This document shows, one piece after another, positions 55,765 through 64,000 of a stretch of 64,000 bases of DNA; positions within the stretch are counted from its first letter, which is position 1, and each line of letters starts with the position of its first letter. The position numbers were made by a program, and so were the translations under genes. The notes beneath the pieces are model-generated. The model was not told where the DNA came from and did no database searches. It was given only the letters and a program-made list of their open reading frames with translations. The stretch comes from Eledone cirrhosa (lineage: Eukaryota). Where the stretch lies: contig OZ024765.1 in the NCBI GenBank assembly GCA_964016885.1, positions 17,484,001 through 17,548,000 on the forward strand. The letters run 5' to 3'.

Positions 55765-56360
55765 GCTGCGGATCCACCATGGACTCTTTCGGCCTCCACC
55801 CGCTTTCATGTCGCTACAATACCGGCAGCCTTCCACGCCATGCCACCCGCAACGAGGTCATAAAGCATGGCTTGAATGAATGCAGCAGGCTTCCCCTCCC
55901 AGCTCGGGCCGGTGGGGCTGGACCGAGGGTACGGCGGCAAAAGGCCAGACGGTATGACCATCTTCCCGTTCCGCGGTGGCAAACCCCTCGTCTGGGATGC
56001 CAATTGCAGCGACACTTTCTCCAGCCGCAACCTGGTGCAGTCTGCGACTAACCCAGGTACTGCTGCACTTCGGGCTGGAGGAGGGCAAACTCTCCAAGTA
56101 CCGGTTGCTCTCCGACAGGTTTGCGATGTGCCCTTGGCAGTGGAAACTTCTGATGTCTTTGGCCCTAGGGCTACCTCCCTACTTACCACCACAGGCGCTG
56201 AGCTGGCTAGCTGCAGGTGTGAGCCTCGCGAGATGGAATGTCTCTTTCAGGGCATCTCCCTTACCATCCTCCGGGGAAACGCCTTCTCCATTCTGACAAC
56301 ATCCCGTATTAAGCCGTAGATGTTTGTTTACAAACACATCGAGCATTATAATAAATGTTC
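55765..56360 (+). mobile_element. 3' fragment of a CRE-like non-LTR retrotransposon (restriction-like endonuclease)
   Basis: CGSTMDSFGLHPLSC...RH, then GKRPDGMTIFPFRGGKPLVWDANC, PLAVET and LFQGISLTILRGNA; frameshifted. Confidence 0.8.
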
Positions 56361-56553
56361 GGTGAATCCATACGTATATATATATATATGTGTGCATGTA
56401 TGTATATATATATACATACTACTGTACGTCTGTATACATATATGTATGTACGTGTACATACTTATATTTAAGTAACAGCCGTACTAAGAGTGGGAAATGA
56501 AATTTCGTTTCATTTTTTCCGTTTATATATATATATTTATATATATATATATA

Positions 56554-56686
56554 TATTTCTGAAGACAGCATATATATGTGAAGGTATGTATATTCTCTCT
56601 GATAGTTTGTATAATTTTGTACATAGATCTTTTGAATATGCATACCAATTCTAACACATATATGTCCTAGAAACGATCGTAAAATA
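56554..56686 (+). ncRNA. Hammerhead with 104-nt stem II
   Basis: tattt CTGAAGA ..atatatgtg..ggtatgtatattc...gaatatgcatacc..cacatatat.. GAAA c-gatc-g TA aaata. Confidence 0.7.
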
Positions 56687-56884
56687 ATGAACTTTTTTTG
56701 TTTAATATAAGGAACTGTTTCTTTGTTTATTCATTATTTTTTTAATAATTTATCTTGACTCTGTATTCCGTTTATCTTTCACCGAAAGTGATTTTTGAAT
56801 GCATCTCTTCTTTTCATGATATCCGGATTACATTGAGTTCTTCATACGGATTGGACACTACCGTAAACTTTTGGTAGATTTATC

Positions 56885-56944
<60 letters not shown>

Positions 56945-56947
56945 ATT

Positions 56948-56980
<33 letters not shown>

Positions 56981-57518
56981 ATTTATATATATATATATAT
57001 TAGTAGAACACTGGAAGGTAATATCCGTAGTAGTAGAGCACTCAGTCCATGGGACGAGTTTGGTAGAAGTATTTCGAAAAGAGGGAAAGGCAAATTTGAC
57101 CTTGTCTACAACTCAGAGAGCAGGAACCATTCTGTCCGCCATTCTAACAACTCAGCCATTTTGCCGCCTTAAATCAACATTCACAACATAATAACAAAAT
57201 AAAATATTATTAATAATAAATAACAGGAAATTAACCTCTATGTTATATGAACCATTACTAATCAATTACATATCCCCTCCATTACACCCTTCGTCAGGTT
57301 ACTCGCCGCCGCCGCCATCACAATTATCATGTTGTCTGACTCCATACTGCTGAACACCCGCAATGTACTTGCCCAATCACTTTAATAGTCACCATAACTA
57401 CACCTGCCGCCCCACCCCCACACTCTCTGTATAAAATAATTGTTTCCGAGGAGACAGTAGTTGAACTTAGATTTGAAATAAATGTACTTTTGTAAAATCC
57501 TTATATTATCTAAACAAA

Positions 57519-57568
<50 letters not shown>

Positions 57569-57603
57569 ATATAAATATATATATAATATATATGTATAAT
57601 ATC

Positions 57604-57913
57604 ACAGTCCACGCTGTAATGTGGCCGTGTAGGCAACACGGTAAAAACCTCCCAGCCCCACACTGTAAATGTGGTTGGTGTTAGGAAGGGCATCCAGCTG
57701 TAGAAAACACGCCAGACAGTCCACGCTGTAATGTGGCCGTGTAGGCAACACGGTAAAAACCTCCCAGCCCCACACTGTAAATGTGGTTGGTGTTAGGAAG
57801 GGCATCCAGCTGTAGAAAATCGCCAGACAGTCCTATGCGAGCAAGACAATCACTCTTGCCTCAAGTGGGAAAACCCCCGTCCAAACCCATGCAAGCGTGG
57901 AACACGTACGTTA

Positions 57914-57945
<32 letters not shown>
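57604..57945 (+). mobile_element. SINE/RTE-like 3' tail with a 112-bp tandem duplication and (GAT)n end
   Basis: gttggtgttaggaagggcatccagctgtagaaa occurs twice (period 112); the element ends in (GAT)n. Confidence 0.6.
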
Positions 57946-58194
57946 ATATATATATATATAAATAAATATATATATTTCGTTTCTGAATTTGTTTAGCAAG
58001 ATTCTTTATCTGAAAACGTGTGTTGAAACTGATATTGTTATGCTTTGGGAGGGCCATGTTGCCAATAAGTAACACACGCACCAGTTACTTTCACTCCAAT
58101 TTATTATAAATTAAATTATATATTTAAAAATTTAAAAATTTATAAATTTCTGGTTGGTTGGTTGGTTCCACAATCTGACGGTTGTTCATATATT

Positions 58195-58237
58195 GTCAAA
58201 GTTCTTTCGTCATACATTCTGTGACCTCTTCAGTGAC
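58195..58237 (-). ncRNA. Type I hammerhead motif
   Basis: Reverse strand: gtca CTGAAGA g-gtca-cagaatgta-tgac GAAA g-aa-c TT tgac. Confidence 0.65.
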
Positions 58238-58426
58238 TTGGGATTCTTGTCTTTGTTTTATGCCTCTCCTTTGTTCTGTCTTAAGCCATCTTGTTTTTGT
58301 GTATGTTGTGTCACAAGAAATCACGATATATATCGTCATTGAAATATGTATAAGGGCTCAATTAATAAAGGACCCTATCATCTTCAACTTCGTATTTTCA
58401 TCCTTGTTTTTAGTTTTATTATAGAT

Positions 58427-58479
58427 GAGATTCTACAGGACTAGAACTGTTTCATTCTTTAGAAATCATCAGGAATCTC
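58427..58479 (-). ncRNA. Type I hammerhead motif
   Basis: Reverse strand: gagattc CTGATGA t-ttc-taaa-gaa-t GAAA cag-ttctagtc-ctg TA gaatctc; perfect 7-bp stem I. Confidence 0.85.
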
Positions 58480-58717
58480 AAAAGAATGAAAGAGTAGTCT
58501 TGTAGAATCTCATCTATATTAAAACTTTTATACTCTGCTATGTATTGAGTACCTTACTTACTGTGGTTACCTCTGATTCAACCCGGAATAACGTCCCTAT
58601 ATATATATATATACCGGAAGTGTAAAGTGTTCATCCAGGGGAGCACTCGACGTTTAGGTTCACGTCAGTGGTATGTATATTCATTTATGTATATTCATTC
58701 TGCCACTACTACAACAG

Positions 58718-58804
58718 AGGTCCGACGAGTTTTTGATTCCAGAGTCAGGCCAGATCGATACAGATCGAACCTTGAGTTGATCAGTAGCGAAACGCGCGTC
58801 ACCT
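58718..58804 (+). ncRNA. Hammerhead, CCGACGA core, 60-nt stem II
   Basis: aggt CCGACGA g...c GAAA c-gcgc-g TC acct; AATAAA at 58808. Confidence 0.7.
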
Positions 58805-58858
58805 ATCAATAAACGTAATGAAGGCTTACCCAATCATCCTTGTATTATTATCTATATA

Positions 58859-58862
<4 letters not shown>

Positions 58863-58901
<39 letters not shown>

Positions 58902-58907
58902 AGAGAC

Positions 58908-58948
<41 letters not shown>

Positions 58949-59067
58949 AAGAGAGATAGAGAAAGAAAGATAGAGAAAGAAAGAGAGATAGAGAAAGAAA
59001 GATAGAGAAAGAAAGAGAGAGAGAGAAAGAGAGATAGAGAAAGAAAGAGAGAGAGAGAAAAAGAGAG

Positions 59068-59115
<48 letters not shown>

Positions 59116-59164
59116 AGAAAGAGACAGAGAGAAAGAGACAGAGAGAGAGACAGAGAAAGAGAGA

Positions 59165-59212
<48 letters not shown>

Positions 59213-59306
59213 TAGAGAAAGAAAGAGAGAGAGAGAAAAAGAGACAGAAAGAAAGAAAGAGAGAGAAAAAGAGAGAGAGAGAGAGAAAAAAAAAGAGAGA
59301 GAGAGA
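58863..59306. repeat. (GA)n/(GAAA)n polypurine tract
   Basis: Read directly. Confidence 0.95.
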
Positions 59307-59464
59307 TTAGGTGATATGATTAGAGATCTTCTGATAGCCCGAAATCGATTAAAGATGTTTATAATTTTTTCAATTTACCGGGAAATTCGTATTTTTTGTC
59401 ATATTTCCATGGCTACACATTAGATGCACGTCGGTGCAGTCTCGGTTACACACTCTGTATTTAT

Positions 59465-59610
59465 GCATTACTGGTACTTTATTTATCGACCATGTACGGA
59501 TGAAAGGCAAAGATATCCTCGGCGGTATTTGGACTCAGGACGTAAAGTGCCGTAACTATACCGCGAAGTATGGTATCCGACGCTCTACCGATACTGCGTA
59601 TCCCCTGCCC

Positions 59611-59642
<32 letters not shown>

Positions 59643-60635
59643 GTAATAATAATAATAATAACAATTGTTTCTACGTTTGGCACAAGACCAGCAATTACCC
59701 AGTGCATTACTGGTACTTTATTTTATCGACCCCGTAAGGATGAAAGGCAAAGTTAACCTCGGCGGGATTTGAACTCAGATCATAAAGGGAGGTAACTCTA
59801 TGCTTCAAAGCATGGCGTCCGACCCTCTACCGATACTGCCAATCCACAATAATAATGGCATTTATACAAACTACAAAATGTATCACATTCCGAGAAGGAG
59901 TATGAGCATAAGCCAGAGTCGGTGATAGAAAAGGCTCAAGTGAAGGTGATATGGGATTTCAGGATATAGACAGACAGGAAATTAGAACAATGTAGGCCTG
60001 ACCCGGTGGTTTTTGACCACTTTTTCTGAACATTTCCAAAGGCATGCTTGCTAGTAACAGCAAGAACCCTCCGAAGACGTCCTGAATATCTGAGGCTGCA
60101 GCTAGCGGCTTGATATTCATTTGAAGAAACTTTCCAGTTAAATAACTGTTTCTACTTTAGGTACAAGGCCAGCAATTACGCAGTGTATTACTGGTACTTT
60201 ACTTTATCGACCCCGTAAGGATGAAAGGCAAAGTCAACCTCGGCGGGATTTGAACTCAGATCGTAAAGGGACGTAACTATGCTGGAAAGCATGGCGGCCG
60301 GCCCTCTACCGAACATCAATGACTGAGACTCCAATAAGAATAATAACAATAATAATTGTTTCTACTTTTGACACAAGGCCAGCAATTACCCAGTGTATTA
60401 CTGGTACTTTATTTTATCGACCCCGTAAGGAACAATAATAATAATAATGATTTCTTATATAGGCACAAGGCCAGCAATTTTGGGGGAGGGAAAGTCGATT
60501 AAATCGACCCCAGTGCGTGACTGGTACATTATTTTATCGACCCCGTAAGGATGAAAGGCAAAGTTAACCTCGGCAGGATTTGAACTCAGATCATAAAGTG
60601 CCATAACTCCATGCTGCAAAGCATGTTGTCTGACA
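59465..60635 (-). mobile_element. Cluster of five family A SINE copies or fragments
   Basis: Cores at ~59470, ~59700, ~60185, ~60395 and ~60515, separated by (AAT)n. Confidence 0.8.
59865..60125 (+). mobile_element. Internally deleted R4/Dong-type RLE fragment
   Basis: YEHKPESVIEKAQVKVIWDFRI*TDRKLEQCRPDPVVFD, followed by KACLLVTARTLRR. Confidence 0.7.
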
Positions 60636-60654
60636 GCAATAATAATAATAATGA

Positions 60655-61085
60655 TGTCTTCATTATTGGCCACAAGGGCCGGACATAGAGGACAATACAA
60701 AGACGGGGACAGTGGGGTTTACATGCAATCAAATAAAAAAAAAAAAAAAAAAAAATATCAATAACTGAATTCCCCAATAGGGGGGGGGGGGGGGTACCAC
60801 CGAGGGGTTTCGTTTGGAACCCCAAAATCCCAACCCACCCTCATCTCAAAGAGCACCCTATGACGACTCTCCTCTCTCCCTTAATCTTTCCAGCCTTCAG
60901 GCGCATGATCAGAGTGGACCTATTCACACGTGCCATTCTCGCAACAATCACCCACCTTTCAAAGAATGATCTGGGCGGCAGCACTTCCCTCTCTACCCTT
61001 ATCTTCCTTTCCAAGTGGAACTTGAAAAAGTTGACGAGGGCTTGACCGAAGTGGAAAGGGTCTCTCTTCAGAACTCTCAGTTACG
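60655..61085 (-). mobile_element. 3' end of a probable L1/Tx1-clade LINE
   Basis: Reverse translation KEVVCWT...ALVNFFKFHLERKIRVEREVLPPRSFFERWVIVARMARV, followed by a T-rich 3' UTR. Confidence 0.55.
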
Positions 61086-61179
61086 TCCAGCACACAACTT
61101 CTTTCGTTTCTATTTTAGGCACCAAGCCTGAATTTTCTACAATAATAGCCTTGTATATTTGTCCATAACGCAGTAGAGA

Positions 61180-62982
61180 TGACTGAGGAAGGAAGGGATG
61201 ATTACGTCGACTGAGGAAGGAAGGGGTGATTACGTCGACTGAGGAAGGAAGGAGTGATTACGTCGACTGAGGAAGGAAGTAGTGATTACGTCGACTGAGG
61301 AAGGAAGGAGTGATTACGTCGACTGAGGAAGGAAGGAGTGATTACGTCGACTGAGGAAGGAAGGGGTGATTACGTCGACTGAGGAAGGAAGGAGTGATTA
61401 CGTCGACAGAGGAAGGAAGGAGTGATTACGTCGACAGAGGAAGGAAGGAGTGATTACGTCGACTGAGGAAGGAAGGAGTGATTACGTCGACAGAGGAAGG
61501 AAGGAGTGATTACGTCGACTGAGGAAGGAAGGAGTGATTACGTCGACTGAGGAAGGAAGGAGTGATTACGTCGACTGAGGAAGGAAGGAGTGATTACGTC
61601 GACAGAGGAAGGAAGGAGTGATTACGTCGACTGAGGAAGGAAGGAGTGATTACGTCGACTGAGGAAGGAAGGAGTGATTACGTCGACTGAGGAAGGAAGG
61701 AGTGATTACGTCGACTGAGGAAGGAGGAGTGATTACGTCGACTGAGGAAGGAAGGGGTGATTACGTCGACTGAGGAAGGAAGGGGTGATTACGTCGACTG
61801 AGGAAGGAAGGGGTAATTACGTCGACTGAGGAAGGAAGAGGTAATTACGTCGACTGAGGAAGGAAAGGGTGATTACGTCGACTGAGGAAGGAAGGGGTAA
61901 TTACGTCGACTGAGGAAGGAAGGGGTGATTACGTCGACTGAGGAAGCAGGGGTGATTACGTCGACTGAGGAAGGAAGGAGTGATTACGTCGACTGAGGAA
62001 GGGGTGATAACGTCGACTGAGGAAGGAAGGAGTGATTACGTCGAATGAGGAAGGGGTGATAACGTCGACTGAGGAAGGAAGGAAGGAAGGAGAGATTACG
62101 TCGACTGAGGAAGGAAGGAAGGAAGGAGTGATTACGTCGACTGAGGAAGGAAGGAGTGATTACGTCGACGGCGGAAGGAAGGAGTGTTTACGTCGACTGA
62201 GGAAGGAAGGGGTGATTACGTCGACTGAGGAAGGAAGGAAGGAAGGAGTGATTACGTCGACTGAGGAAGGAAGGGGTGATTACGTCGACTGAGGAAGGAA
62301 GGAGTTATTACGTCGACTGAGGAAGGAAGGAGTGATTACGTCGACTGGTGAAGGAATGAGTGATTACGTCGACTGAGGAAGGAAGGGGTGATAACGTCGA
62401 CTGAGGAAGGAAGAGGTGATAACGTCGACTGAGGAAGGAAGGAAGGAGTGATAACGTCGAATGAGGAAGGGGTGATAACGTCGACTGAGGAAGGAAGAGG
62501 TAATAACGTCGACTGGTGAAGGAAGGAGTGATTACGTCGACTGAGGAAGGAAGGAGTGATTACGTCGACTGAGGAAGGAAGGGGAGATAACGTCGACTGA
62601 GGAAGGAAGAGGTGATAACGTCGACTGAGGAAGGAAGGGGTAATAACGTCGAATGAGGAAGGAATGGGTGATAACGTCGAATTAGGAAGGAATGGGCGAT
62701 AACGTCGAATTAGGAAGGAAGGGGTAATAACGTCGACTGAGGAAGGAAGAGGTGATAACGTCGAATGAGGAAGGAAGGTGTGATAACGTCGAATGAGGAA
62801 GGAAGGGGTGATAACGTCGACTGAGGAAGGAAGGGGTAATAACGTCGAATGAGGAAGGAATGGGTGATAACGTCGAATGAGGAAGGAAGGGATAATAACG
62901 TCGACTGAGGAAGGAAGAGGTGATAACGTCGAATGAGGAAGGAAGGGGTGATAACGTCGACTGAGGAAGGAAGAGGTGATAA
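61180..62982. repeat. 28-bp minisatellite, ~64 copies
   Basis: Unit gactgaggaaggaaggagtgattacgtc (period 61209 to 61237); variants increase toward the 3' end. Confidence 0.95.
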
Positions 62983-63437
62983 CAAACAACAGAAAGTAGC
63001 GTCTAATATTCGCTAAGCCTGAGTGTGTGTGTATATGTATAGCGAATTGGCTACACACATTGACTTTGTGAGTGTTTGTGTGTAAATTATATTTATATGC
63101 ATTACTTGTGTAACTGTATATGTGCTTGTGTGTGTTTATTTGACAGATACATAAACAATATAATTACAAACACTCACACATCTACACATACATATATACA
63201 AACAGACACACTTAGAAAAAATAATTATTACATGCACAGCTATGTGATTAATGGGTAAGTAAGAATTGTGAGAAACTATAGAGGTCCAGCGCTCTAAGAT
63301 TCGTCATAGCGGTGTGTTTTATGTTTGTATCTCTTTTGTCTAAGAGCGTGAAGGAACCAACATACAAAAACTCTTTTTCATCTTATGTATAGATATTACA
63401 ATTATCCGTCAGTTTTGACGGCACGAGGCAAGCTAAT

Positions 63438-63742
63438 AATTGTTTCTACATTTGGCACAAGGCTAGCAATTATCCAGTGTATTACTGGTACTTTATTTTA
63501 TCGACCCCGTAAGGATTAATAATGATTTCTAGTATAGGCACAAGGTCAGTAATTTGGGGTGGTGGGGAAAGTCAATTAAATCGCCCCCAGTACGTTACTG
63601 GTGCTTTATTTTATCGACCCCATAAGGATGAAAGGCAAAACTAACCTCGGCGGGATTTGAAATCAGACGGTAAAAGGCCGTGACTCTATGCTGCAAAGGA
63701 TGGTGTCCGATTCTCTACCGATACTGCCAATCCACCGCCCTA
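63438..63742 (-). mobile_element. Family A SINE, partial plus long-form copy
   Basis: Same arrangement as 60355-60635. Confidence 0.8.
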
Positions 63743-64000
63743 GCTAATGATAATAATAATAATAACAATAATATATATACATATATATATATATTTATTA
63801 AATAACAGATTAAAGTTTAAGCAAAGAATCGGTGCTTTGACCCTTAAAGGGATCTTCTGAAACTAAAAATAATCAATCTGTGAACGCAGAAGTAAATATT
63901 TCGAAAAACGTTGCAACCGAAGGAAAACAGGAAGACGATAGTTTGGTTCATGGAAACGTTCCCTGGCAATGAACGAAAAAAAAAACGAAGATAATATTTG

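Noticed and set aside
59324-59356. atctt CTGATAG ccc GAAA tcgatt aaagat hammerhead-like string
   Set aside because: Core mismatch, no stem II, and stem I out of register.
62336-63058. 240-aa repetitive ORF on the minus strand
   Set aside because: Translation of the 28-bp minisatellite; the unit is not a multiple of three.

Overview
Repeat-saturated eukaryotic DNA with no credible host protein-coding gene. The SINE family and the (TA)n/(TACA)n content suggest a cephalopod, octopus-like genome (inference). Contents: a decayed Penelope-like element (RT plus GIY-YIG, 438-2700, minus); 3' fragments of several non-LTR retrotransposon clades; about 16 tRNA-derived SINE copies; microsatellites; and large tandem arrays (49 bp x ~310, 101 bp x ~50 with a 17-mer higher-order repeat, plus 98, 59, 125 and 28 bp arrays). 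The most striking unannotated signal is about 20 type-I hammerhead ribozyme motifs from at least a dozen sequence-distinct short elements. They sit between (TA)n tracts, are often followed by AATAAA and often lie in inverted-repeat pairs. Many carry 56-104 nt hairpin expansions of stem II and a non-Watson-Crick 10.1-11.1 pair. All structures were paired by eye; no activity is demonstrated.
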